The translations under genes were made by a program, and so were the position numbers. A stretch of 64,000 nucleotides of DNA from contig CALBFP010000001.1 in assembly GCA_937894115.1 (NCBI GenBank), positions 14,245 through 78,244 of the forward strand, in the 5' to 3' direction. Below, piece after piece: positions 50,210-59,255 of this stretch (its first letter is position 1; every line of letters begins with the position of its first letter). The DNA comes from an uncultured euryarchaeote. GTDB lineage: Archaea; Thermoplasmatota; Poseidoniia; Poseidoniales; Poseidoniaceae. Below the pieces are notes generated by a model. The model was not told the DNA's origin. It was given only the letters and a program-made list of their open reading frames with translations, and searched no databases.

Positions 50210-52063
50210 ATGACGGAAGAATACACAAAGCACGAGTACGACGTTGTCGTTATCGGTGCAGGCGGTGCAGGTCTTCGTGCTGCCATTGAGGCTGCTCGAT
50301 GCGGTGCAAAAACTGCGATTATCACAAAATCTCTCCTCGGTAAAGCGCACACGGTAATGGCCGAAGGCGGTTGTGCAGCTGCGTTGCAAAACGCCGATCC
50401 ACGAGATGGATGGAAGGTTCACTTTCATGACACGATGAAAGGAAGCAAATGGCTCGCCGATTGGCGAATGGCAGAATTTCATGCAAAGGAAGCCCCCGAT
50501 CGCGTTCGTGAGTTGGAACAATGGGGTGCAGTGTTTGATCGGACTCCTAAATTACTCATCAATCAACGAAACTTTGGTGGCCACACCTTCCCGCGACTGG
50601 CTCACGTCGGCGATGCAACCGGTCTTGAAATAATTCGAACACTCCAAGAGCGAGGAATTCATGAAGGCATTGATATTTTCATGGAATACACAGTGCGCCA
50701 TCTCCTCAAGGAAGGCGATCGTGTCACGGGCTGTGTTGCTTACACACGAGTTGATGGGGACTTCCATGCATTTTCAGCAAAATCGGTTGTTCTCGCAACG
50801 GGCGGTTGTACACGGTGTTGGAGCGTTTGTTCTGGATCATGGGAATACACTGGCGATGGTCACGCGTTGGCTCTTTGGGCCGGCGCTGAACTTCGCGACA
50901 TGGAATTTGTTCAATTCCATCCAACAGGAATGGTCTGGCCTCCTTCCGTTCGAGGAATTCTCGTTACTGAGGGTGTACGTGGCGAAGGAGGACGCCTAAC
51001 CAACAGTGAGGATGAACGGTTCATGTTCAACTACGTCCCAGAAATGTTCCAAGGAGACCATGCGGAATCCATCGAAGAGGCAGATCAATGGGTCGAAGAA
51101 GTTGTTAGTGGAAAACTTGCTACCGTCCGACGTCCTCCTGAGCTTTTGACCCGTGACGTGGTCGCGAAAGCGATCAAGGCCGAGGTGGAAGCAGGAAGAG
51201 GTTCACCTCACGGCGGCGCTTTCCTCGATATTTCACACCGTGGTGAGGAAGCCATCAAAAAGAAGCTGCCGTCTATGTACCACCAATTCATGGAGTTGGC
51301 AGGAGTTGACATTACCAAAGATGCGATGGAGGTTGGTCCAACGGCCCACTACATAATGGGAGGCATACGTGTGGATGCTGAATCACAAGAAACCACTGTG
51401 CCGTGCCTCTATGCTTGCGGTGAAGCTGCCTCTGGACTGCATGGAGCCAATCGACTTGGAGGAAATTCACTCTCAGATCTCATCACATTCGGTAAGCGAG
51501 CAGGAGAATATGCTGCGAAACGCTCGTACAGTCTCGCCCAACCAAGCATCGATGACAAACAGGTGATGAAGGCCATCGATGATATGATTGCTCCTTTCGC
51601 AAGGGAAGGTGGAGAGAACCCAGGCAGGATTTACGACGAGATGCGAGAAATGATGCAACACAAGGTTGGAATCATTCGAGTAAAGCATGAACTTGAAGAA
51701 GCGCTTGAAGATCTTACAGAATTCAAAGAGCGAGCGATGATTTCGTTCCCTGGCACAAGTCGGCGCTACAACTCAGGATGGCATCAAGCCTTGGACTTGA
51801 TCAACATGGCCGACATATCACATGCATGCGCTCTTGCAGCGTTGACACGCGAAGAGAGTCGTGGAGGCCATACCCGAGAAGACATGCCAACACCCGAAGA
51901 CGAATATTGGGGAAAAACGATTAACATCATATGGATGGAACAAGGTGAAATCAAGATACGGCAGGAGCCTGTTGAGGAAATGCGAGAGGACCTACAAGGT
52001 GCAATTAAAGAAGTAAAAGCCATGATTGCAGAGCGTGCCAAAGAACAAGGAGGTGATGATTGA
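50210..52063 (+). CDS. sdhA: Succinate dehydrogenase/fumarate reductase flavoprotein subunit
   Basis: Y-D-V-V-V-I-G-A-G-G-A-G-L-R-A-A, FAD-His region K-A-H-T-V-M-A-E-G-G, active-site R-x-H motif. The start is placed at M-T-E-E-Y rather than the upstream-extended track ORF. Confidence 0.95.
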   Translation: MTEEYTKHEYDVVVIGAGGAGLRAAIEAARCGAKTAIITKSLLGKAHTVMAEGGCAAALQNADPRDGWKVHFHDTMKGSKWLADWRMAEFHAKEAPDRVRELEQWGAVFDRTPKLLINQRNFGGHTFPRLAHVGDATGLEIIRTLQERGIHEGIDIFMEYTVRHLLKEGDRVTGCVAYTRVDGDFHAFSAKSVVLATGGCTRCWSVCSGSWEYTGDGHALALWAGAELRDMEFVQFHPTGMVWPPSVRGILVTEGVRGEGGRLTNSEDERFMFNYVPEMFQGDHAESIEEADQWVEEVVSGKLATVRRPPELLTRDVVAKAIKAEVEAGRGSPHGGAFLDISHRGEEAIKKKLPSMYHQFMELAGVDITKDAMEVGPTAHYIMGGIRVDAESQETTVPCLYACGEAASGLHGANRLGGNSLSDLITFGKRAGEYAAKRSYSLAQPSIDDKQVMKAIDDMIAPFAREGGENPGRIYDEMREMMQHKVGIIRVKHELEEALEDLTEFKERAMISFPGTSRRYNSGWHQALDLINMADISHACALAALTREESRGGHTREDMPTPEDEYWGKTINIIWMEQGEIKIRQEPVEEMREDLQGAIKEVKAMIAERAKEQGGDD

Positions 52064-52830
52064 TGTCTTTGAAAGGGAAAAAGCAAGCCTTCAAGCTCGC
52101 CCGGGGTGAGGATGGAAACACCGATCTTGAGGAGTACGAAATTACACTTGACGAAGGTATGGTCGTTCTTGACTGCATGCATCGAATTCAACACGAACAG
52201 GAGCCTGACATGGCTGTTCGCTGGAACTGTAAAGCAGGAAAATGTGGATCGTGTTCTGCAGAAATCAACGGGCGACCGCGATTAATGTGCATGACTCGAA
52301 TGAGCGATGTTGTTGCTGAAACACCCGAAGGAAAACCGATTGAAATTCGACCGATGAAGACGTTCCCTCACATCAAAGATTTGGTTACGGACGTATCGTG
52401 GAACTACGAGGTAGCCCAACGTATCGCACCAATCGATGGCCCAGAAAGCATGGATTGGGAATTCAATCAAATGGAAGCGGACCGAGTACAGCACTTCCGT
52501 GAGTGCATTGAATGCTTCCTTTGTGTTAACACATGTCACGTTCTTCGCGATCACGAAATGTTCGATGAGTTCGCCGGACCTCGTAACCTAGTCCGTCTCG
52601 CTCAATACGAAATGCACCCACTCGATACTGAAGACCGAATACCCGAAATCAAGAAGGAATTTGGTGTTGAATATTGCAACATCACTCGGTGTTGCACCGA
52701 AGTGTGTCCTGCTGGAATTCAAATAACCGACAATGCGATCATCCAACTGAAGGAACGTGTTGTCGACCGCTACTACGATCCACTTCAACGTATATGGAGA
52801 ACAATAACTCGACAGAAAGTACGGTATTGA
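52063..52830 (+). CDS. sdhB: Succinate dehydrogenase iron-sulfur subunit
   Basis: C-K-A-G-K-C-G-S-C [2Fe-2S], C-I-E-C-F-L-C-V-N-T-C and C-T-E-V-C-P clusters. ATG overlaps the sdhA TGA. Confidence 0.9.
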   Translation: MSLKGKKQAFKLARGEDGNTDLEEYEITLDEGMVVLDCMHRIQHEQEPDMAVRWNCKAGKCGSCSAEINGRPRLMCMTRMSDVVAETPEGKPIEIRPMKTFPHIKDLVTDVSWNYEVAQRIAPIDGPESMDWEFNQMEADRVQHFRECIECFLCVNTCHVLRDHEMFDEFAGPRNLVRLAQYEMHPLDTEDRIPEIKKEFGVEYCNITRCCTEVCPAGIQITDNAIIQLKERVVDRYYDPLQRIWRTITRQKVRY

Positions 52831-52875
52831 CGCCATCAAAGTGATTCAACATCGATACGTTAAATTGGGATTTTC

Positions 52876-53523
52876 ATGACGTTTTGGCACAAACGATGGC
52901 AAACCGAGCAAATCGGATGGCATCGAGATTCATTCAACGACATGTTGACGAAACACTGGGGTAACACCAACGCAGCGAAAGGATGCGAAGTATTCGTTCC
53001 CTTGTGCGGTAAATCGCTTGACATGGTTTGGCTTGCAAACAAAGGACACAGTGTTATCGGGATGGAATTTGTTTCCGATGCCATTCAGGCATTTTTCGAA
53101 GAAAATCGTCTTACTCCAGTGACGACCGTTAATGGGAACTATACTCAACACCAGAGCAAACCGTTCACGATCCTCGAAGGCGACATCTTTGAACTCGAAA
53201 CAAATGTTGTGCAAGCTGATGCTTGGTTCGACCGCGCAGCGATGGTTGCCATAGAACCAAGCCTCAGGAAAGCCTACGTCGACCAGCTTCGTAAAGCGAC
53301 CAAGAACGATGCCGTAGGGCTTATGATTACTTACACAAATCCACAACAAGGAATGGATGGGCCACCCTACTCGCTTACAGATGAGGATGTTGCAAAACTA
53401 TTCTCAGAAGGATTTGAATGGAAATGTCTTGAGAAAATAAGTCTCGATCCTTCCAATGAATCGGACCCAAATAGCCCAACTTCGACGGTATTCGAGATTC
53501 GGCGGGCTCCGAGAATTACGTAG
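52876..53523 (+). CDS. tpm: Thiopurine S-methyltransferase family protein
   Basis: W-H-K-R-W...V-F-V-P-L-C-G-K-S-L-D-M-V-W-L-A-N-K-G-H-S-V-I-G-M-E-F matches the TPMT N-terminal SAM-binding block. Confidence 0.75.
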   Translation: MTFWHKRWQTEQIGWHRDSFNDMLTKHWGNTNAAKGCEVFVPLCGKSLDMVWLANKGHSVIGMEFVSDAIQAFFEENRLTPVTTVNGNYTQHQSKPFTILEGDIFELETNVVQADAWFDRAAMVAIEPSLRKAYVDQLRKATKNDAVGLMITYTNPQQGMDGPPYSLTDEDVAKLFSEGFEWKCLEKISLDPSNESDPNSPTSTVFEIRRAPRIT

Positions 53524-53616
53524 CCAACACGAGAATGAATGCTTGTGTTTGTTTCAAAACCTGCATTCCTGCAGGTTCATCACCTCGTTTTTTGGCAACC
53601 TTAAGCAATTCAACAA

Positions 53617-56583
53617 TTACTCTTCATCCATCGTTCGTCGAGCGAAGGTTGACGCCAAGAGTACACCAAGAACGGTGAAGACGAAGCCGATACTTGGTAT
53701 GGAGTCGTCGTCATCGTCGTCTTCTTCAGGCTCTGCCTCAGCCTCGGGGTTTCCATCGCAAGGAATCCAATGTCCATCATCGGTACCGGGTTCTATTACC
53801 CCGGTCAGGCCGCCGCCTTCAGAGATGTACAATGCACCAGAACCTGCAGGCCATTCCACAACGTAATTTCCAGGATAGAATGTCGACGTGTTGTCCCAAA
53901 CAGGCTCGCCATTAGCTACCCATGTCTCCTTACATGGACAACTGTAAGGCTTCCAGAATTCATCCGCACCACCATCCATTATAGGGTCTGCAACCCAGTC
54001 AGGACCACCGTATAAATCGTCGTGAATGAATATAATTTCGTGATAAATTCCTGAATTAGCAGGGTATTCGTAGATATCTCCGACCACTGGAGTTGTTGTG
54101 TTATCCCAAACAGGCACATCTAGACCTTCACAAGGTCCTGGGCTTGGTCCGTTACCGTTACAAAGGACCCAGTGAATGTCAACTCCTGGCTCTCCTGCTC
54201 CGGTAGTGACCCCTCCAGATTCAAGTGGGATGTACAAATTACCAGATCCTGCTGGGTGCTCAACAACATAATCGCCAGGGTAGGCGGTTCCAGCAACCCA
54301 GACAGGTTGTCCGTTAGCTGCCCATGTTTCCTTGCATGGGCAATCGATTGGTGACCAAACATCCATGTCCACATCTGGTGCATTGACATTGGTGAACGGA
54401 CCTCCTTGATTGACCTGATAATAATTCTGAGAACCTAATGGGTACTCGTAAATTTCACCTGAAGCGACCACCGTTGACGAAGTCCAAACTCCGATAACAT
54501 CCAATCCAGCACAAGGGTTCGAATAAGGCATGTTTGTTCCAGGACAGTGTTTCCAAGAATCGGAGGTAAGTGATGGTTCGTCGTTGCTGGTATTGTCGAT
54601 TGCAATCCATAGTGTATCTGAGCCTGCTGGCCATTCGACTACTTCGTCTAGCCAGTACATAACGGAAATATCCCAAACCGGTTGGCCATTGGCAACCCAT
54701 GTCTCCTTACATGGGCAATTAATTGGAGACCAAACATCCATATCGATATCAGGTGCACTTACACTCCAAAACGGACTTCCTGGGTTGACCACATAATAGG
54801 TGTGTGATCCGGCTGGATACTCGTACACATCGCCTGAAGTTACGTTCGTTCCCGAAGACCATACTCCTACGACATTTAGACCGGCACACGGTCCTCCTGA
54901 TGGTGTATCTGAGTCGCCGCAACTTTCCCAAGAGAGGTCAGCGGAGGAGGGTTCTGCACCGTAAAATTGGGTATCCAATGCAATCCAAAGTTGATTGGAA
55001 CCGGGCGGCCACTCAACAACATCATTGAGGTAGTAAACTGTTGAATTATCCCAAACAGGTTCACCAGCATTCATCCAAATTTCTTCGCATGGACAATCGA
55101 CCTCTGCCCACACGTCCAAATCAACGGTTGGTGACAAGACCTCTTGGTCCACATATCCCTGTATAATAACCTCGTAATATGTTTGTGAGCCAGCAGGGTA
55201 TTCGTAGATTTCACCTGTTGATACTCGAGCATTGCTGTACCACGGACCAACGGAGTCCATACCTCCACATGGTCCTGTAGTTGTGTTGTCTTCAGAGCCG
55301 CAAAGCTCCCATTGATTGCCGTCAGCGAAAGGCTGGTCGGGGGTAACTCCAGTCGTGGTTTGATTGACAATGGCCATCCAAAGGGCGTTTGATCCTGTCG
55401 GATATTCAACAATGGCTCCAACGTTGTAAACGGTGTTTGAGTCCCATGCTGGACTTGAGGCCTCCATCCATATATCTTTACAGGTGCAGTGTTTTTCAGA
55501 CCATGCGTCGCCATCTACTCCAGGTGCGCCGACAATCTGATTGTTGATTCCAACCGAGACCTGATAAAATTCTCCTGAGCCTGCAGGGTATTCAAAAATC
55601 TGTCCTTCAGAAACAGCAATCATAGCGTCCCAAGCTATACCCCCATTACCATCGAAGTCAGCGCAAAGTGAACCTGAGGGTTCCTCTCCGTTGCAATTTC
55701 TCCAAAGGTAAGAACCGTTTGCGCTTCCGGGCTCAATTCCCGTCCCATGATCATATGAAATGTAGAGGTTGTTTGAACCAGCAGGCCACTCGACAACCGC
55801 ATTTTGCAAATATTCAACAGTGGAGTCCCAAAGCGGTTCACCACTATCGACCCAAATGTCTCTACAGCTGCAATCTAAGGGCTCTCCCCAAGCATCCAAA
55901 TCTTGTCCAGGCTCACCAACGGTTTGATTGTACATACCTACTCCAACCACGGTGTAATAGTGTCCTGAGTTTGCTGGGTATTCGTATATCTCTCCTTCAG
56001 TTACAAGCGACGAAGTTTCCCAAACCATGGTTGAAACATTAACAATGGAGAAGCATGAGGTAGCGCACAAGACCCAGATGTCTGTACCTTCTTCTGGCAC
56101 ATCTCCTGCGGTGGTACCAGCATCTTGAACAATCCAAATTCCAGCGTTGTACTCGAGAATTTGCCACGGATTGTATGCAGTGTTCGCATCCCAGTTAATT
56201 CCACTCTCCTCAGCAATCTCTTCGCATGAGCACGGTCCAATCCATTTACCGGACGATTCTGGTTGAGCCGTTGGTCCGCTGGTTGTACTCTGCCAGAAAT
56301 GACCAGAGTTGGCAGGGTATTCGTAGATGTCTCCAACATTGGCGTCAGTGCCATTCGTCCAAACCGGACCCCCCAATCCATCAGCCATGTTTGTAAAATT
56401 ACAGTTTGGGTTGTCACCGTCATCAGAACCGGCCATTTGGTGAGAGTCTCGAGCCGATGTTTGTAGGGACTCTTGATCGTCCACAAAATTTGGCTCGATT
56501 GATTGGTCACTCAAATCAATGGTATTCACTGTAACTTGAGTGGCTAGGGTTGCGATGATTATCCAGATAATTAAATTGCGCAT
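53617..56583 (-). CDS. Repetitive secreted surface protein: seven tandem ~120-aa repeats with CBM5/12-like (chitin-binding type 3-like) half-modules, C-terminal TM anchor
   Basis: Signal-like N-terminus. The motif x-I-Y-E-Y-P-A-G/N-S...Y-Y...V-x-x-P-x-V-D-x-D-x-W...C-P-C-K-E-T-W...G-x-P-V-W-D...T-x-Y...V-V-E-W-P-A-G-S...L-W-I-A recurs seven times. C-terminus E-E-D-D-D-D-D-D-S-I-P-S-I-G-F-V-F-T-V-L-G-V-L-L-A-S-T-F-A-R-R. Confidence 0.6.
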   Translation of the reverse strand: MRNLIIWIIIATLATQVTVNTIDLSDQSIEPNFVDDQESLQTSARDSHQMAGSDDGDNPNCNFTNMADGLGGPVWTNGTDANVGDIYEYPANSGHFWQSTTSGPTAQPESSGKWIGPCSCEEIAEESGINWDANTAYNPWQILEYNAGIWIVQDAGTTAGDVPEEGTDIWVLCATSCFSIVNVSTMVWETSSLVTEGEIYEYPANSGHYYTVVGVGMYNQTVGEPGQDLDAWGEPLDCSCRDIWVDSGEPLWDSTVEYLQNAVVEWPAGSNNLYISYDHGTGIEPGSANGSYLWRNCNGEEPSGSLCADFDGNGGIAWDAMIAVSEGQIFEYPAGSGEFYQVSVGINNQIVGAPGVDGDAWSEKHCTCKDIWMEASSPAWDSNTVYNVGAIVEYPTGSNALWMAIVNQTTTGVTPDQPFADGNQWELCGSEDNTTTGPCGGMDSVGPWYSNARVSTGEIYEYPAGSQTYYEVIIQGYVDQEVLSPTVDLDVWAEVDCPCEEIWMNAGEPVWDNSTVYYLNDVVEWPPGSNQLWIALDTQFYGAEPSSADLSWESCGDSDTPSGGPCAGLNVVGVWSSGTNVTSGDVYEYPAGSHTYYVVNPGSPFWSVSAPDIDMDVWSPINCPCKETWVANGQPVWDISVMYWLDEVVEWPAGSDTLWIAIDNTSNDEPSLTSDSWKHCPGTNMPYSNPCAGLDVIGVWTSSTVVASGEIYEYPLGSQNYYQVNQGGPFTNVNAPDVDMDVWSPIDCPCKETWAANGQPVWVAGTAYPGDYVVEHPAGSGNLYIPLESGGVTTGAGEPGVDIHWVLCNGNGPSPGPCEGLDVPVWDNTTTPVVGDIYEYPANSGIYHEIIFIHDDLYGGPDWVADPIMDGGADEFWKPYSCPCKETWVANGEPVWDNTSTFYPGNYVVEWPAGSGALYISEGGGLTGVIEPGTDDGHWIPCDGNPEAEAEPEEDDDDDDSIPSIGFVFTVLGVLLASTFARRTMDEE
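53900..56350 (-). repeat. Intragenic tandem DNA repeats of about 360 nt, seven copies, encoding the repeat modules of the surface protein
   Basis: Near-identical strings such as gggtattcgtagat recur at about 54062, 55195, 55975 and 56320, with further conserved blocks between them. Confidence 0.6.
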
Positions 56584-56660
56584 GAATTAACTTGAGACTG
56601 CAGATTATATATTCTTATTGCCAAAAGACCAACCAACATGTCTTGTCATGCAGGATGTGT

Positions 56661-57851
56661 CTAGGATTGGGCAGATCGGACGTAATCATCGTTGTCAATG
56701 GGAACCCAAACGTTGGTTTTGTCTTCGTTTTGAATTTCAACACGGTAGGGATTTCCTTGGTCCCAAGTCTTGAGGATGCGTCCTTCTGTGAACTCGCCAA
56801 TGTTAGCAAAAACTGCGTCGCCTTCTTTGAATCGAAGTTCCTCCGCACGGCACTCCATTAATCCATTTTGGAGTGCATCATGGTCGAGGTCGCGACCAAT
56901 GAACACAAAGCGGCATTCACGGGTTTCGCCTTCCTTCCATAGGCCAATATCATCGCTAAAATCACCGCCGAAGAGCATGTGGACACCTTGGAACACGTAC
57001 TTTCGATCGATACCTTTGACGGCGAGTACCCCTTTGTATCGGAACAAGTTTTCGCCATGGTCTTGAATCAGACTACCAATGTAACGTTCGAGTTTGTTAA
57101 CGTTGAGCTCCCCCTCGAACTTCATGCTTGTGGATGTGACGCGGTCATCGTGTTCATGCTCTGCTGATGTATCCAAGAACTCAGGATCCATCTCAAGAGT
57201 CTTTTCCAAGTCGAACGCTCCGATGTTGATGAGCTCCTTTGGATCGATAACGCTGTTTTCCGTATGAAAAATCGGAGCAAAGGCGTTGATGGATTTTACA
57301 CGATTCTCAACGCTACTGAGCTCCTCGCCACTAACCAAATCAATTTTGTTGAGCATGATGCGGTCTGCAAAAGCAAGTTGTTCAACGGATTCGTTTTCGA
57401 CGCCTTCTGGCTTTTCTTCATCGAGGTGCCGAACGATATGTTTCGCATCGACAACGGTAATGATTCCGTCAAGACGATAGTTGCTTGAGATTCGTTCGTC
57501 TGCGAAGAACGTTTGGGCAACAGGAGCAGGATCTGCGAGTCCCGTTGTTTCGATAATTACGCCGTCAAAGTCCTTGATCCTCTCGTGCATGTCGTCGAGT
57601 AATTCGGTGAGATCGCCTCGAACTGTACAACAAATGCACCCATTCATTACCTCAATGATGCTTTCTTCCGAGGTTTCAACGAGAATGTTCTCATCAATCC
57701 CAACATCACCAAATTCGTTTTCGATGACTGCAAACTTCATTTTGTGTTCTGTATCTGTTAGGATGTGATTCAGAAGTGTTGTTTTCCCGGATCCTAAGAA
57801 TCCTGTCAGCACAGTTACGGGCAAGCGGTTTTCCTCGACGGTTTCATTCAT
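56661..57851 (-). CDS. COG0523 / CobW-family GTPase metallochaperone (ZNG1/YjiA-like)
   Basis: G-F-L-G-S-G-K-T-T-L-L Walker A, and the metal-binding G-C-I-C-C-T motif. Confidence 0.85.
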   Translation of the reverse strand: MNETVEENRLPVTVLTGFLGSGKTTLLNHILTDTEHKMKFAVIENEFGDVGIDENILVETSEESIIEVMNGCICCTVRGDLTELLDDMHERIKDFDGVIIETTGLADPAPVAQTFFADERISSNYRLDGIITVVDAKHIVRHLDEEKPEGVENESVEQLAFADRIMLNKIDLVSGEELSSVENRVKSINAFAPIFHTENSVIDPKELINIGAFDLEKTLEMDPEFLDTSAEHEHDDRVTSTSMKFEGELNVNKLERYIGSLIQDHGENLFRYKGVLAVKGIDRKYVFQGVHMLFGGDFSDDIGLWKEGETRECRFVFIGRDLDHDALQNGLMECRAEELRFKEGDAVFANIGEFTEGRILKTWDQGNPYRVEIQNEDKTNVWVPIDNDDYVRSAQS

Positions 57852-57866
57852 GTTGATCGGTTTGTT

Positions 57867-57880
57867 GCAAATGAATTTGC
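57867..57880. promoter_or_regulatory. Perfect palindrome GCAAAT-GA-ATTTGC in the divergent spacer between the COG0523 metallochaperone gene and the GGR gene
   Basis: A 6-2-6 inverted repeat read directly from the sequence, next to the TATA-like CTATTTAAT. Candidate metalloregulator operator. Confidence 0.3.
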
Positions 57881-57974
57881 TATTTAATCGATAGCATACA
57901 CCCTGTATTGCTCACGCTCCAAGCGATTAAAGTGAAACCGTTGGATTCATGAGCCGACTCTGCATCAGCAAATT

Positions 57975-59210
57975 ATGGCAGAAGGCCGGAAATGTGACCT
58001 GCTGATAATTGGCGCAGGTCCAGGAGGTGGTTCTGCCGCAATCCACGCCTCGCGTTTGGGCCTCTCAACCATCGTCGTCGAAGCTGATTCCGAGGTCGGT
58101 ACACCAGTACATTGCGGCGAGTGCCTTTCCGATCTGGCCGTTCAAAATCTAGATTTGCAAATCCCTGACCATGTCAAGGCTTTGGATGTGAAAGGTATTC
58201 GAGTGATTTTCCCTGGTGGCGAAAACAAACTCCTGACAGAACCTGGTTACGTTCTCGAGAAGCATTTGTTTGAACAATGGATGATGGATGAAGCGACAGC
58301 ACTTGGTGCCGAATTGTATCTCAAGCATCGAGTCACATCGATGAAGAGAATTTTCAATAGCGAAAATCAATTTTCCAATTGGATTATTGAAGGCAGAGGA
58401 AGTGAATTTCCAATTGAATGTTCTGCTGTTATCGATGCGTCAGGCGTTTCGGGAGCGGCCTCAAAACTTCTCAAAATGGGAACCGAAGTTGAACTCATCG
58501 CTGGTTTTCAGTACGAAGTGAACGACGTTCCTAACGATGGGTATCTTGACTTCTACATCTGGCCCAAATATTCCCCGCACGGCTATGTTTGGATGATTCC
58601 AAAAGAAGGGGAACGAGCCAACGTCGGTTTGGTTACATCGGACACAAAAGGCGCTGTCTCTCATTTGAATGCGTTTATTGAGGACACATACCTTGCTGGG
58701 AAACCAACAGTAAACCCTCCGTGGAGAAAAGAAGGTACGAAGGTGAAACCGTTTGGAGGATACATCCCCATATCGGGACCGAGAAGCAAAACCGTTGATG
58801 ACGGCCTGATTCTCGTTGGTGACGCTGCAGGGTTTACATCTCCGTTGTTTGAAGGTGGTTCGCATCTTGCGCTATGGTCCGGTAGAGAAGCAGCCCACGT
58901 ACTCTCAAAAGCAATGAACAACGGTGACGTTTCTGCTCAAGCGCTGTCGCCATACGAGCAAGCATGGAAATCTACATTTCCTCCATACAGTAAAATCCTG
59001 AAAGGAAAAGATGCATTGTACAACCTGTCCGACAAGGAAATGGCCGTTATGGCGAAATGCCTACCTGAAGAGCTTGGAAACATGAGTCCGTTGACAAAAC
59101 TCGGTATTGGTTTGAAGATTATGATCCGTAAACCAACACTGTTTTTCAAGCGCGTCATTTCCGTCCTTCTTTCATTTGGTTACAGCCGAGCGAAACACTT
59201 TGGCTGGTGA
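57975..59210 (+). CDS. Geranylgeranyl reductase family flavoprotein (digeranylgeranylglycerophospholipid reductase-like)
   Basis: D-L-L-I-I-G-A-G-P-G-G-G-S-A-A FAD-binding motif, V-H-C-G-E-C-L-S, and about 400-aa length typical of archaeal GGR. Confidence 0.8.
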   Translation: MAEGRKCDLLIIGAGPGGGSAAIHASRLGLSTIVVEADSEVGTPVHCGECLSDLAVQNLDLQIPDHVKALDVKGIRVIFPGGENKLLTEPGYVLEKHLFEQWMMDEATALGAELYLKHRVTSMKRIFNSENQFSNWIIEGRGSEFPIECSAVIDASGVSGAASKLLKMGTEVELIAGFQYEVNDVPNDGYLDFYIWPKYSPHGYVWMIPKEGERANVGLVTSDTKGAVSHLNAFIEDTYLAGKPTVNPPWRKEGTKVKPFGGYIPISGPRSKTVDDGLILVGDAAGFTSPLFEGGSHLALWSGREAAHVLSKAMNNGDVSAQALSPYEQAWKSTFPPYSKILKGKDALYNLSDKEMAVMAKCLPEELGNMSPLTKLGIGLKIMIRKPTLFFKRVISVLLSFGYSRAKHFGW

Positions 59211-59255
59211 TGGACCAACGCAAAGCAATAACAAGGACGCGCACTTGGTAACATC

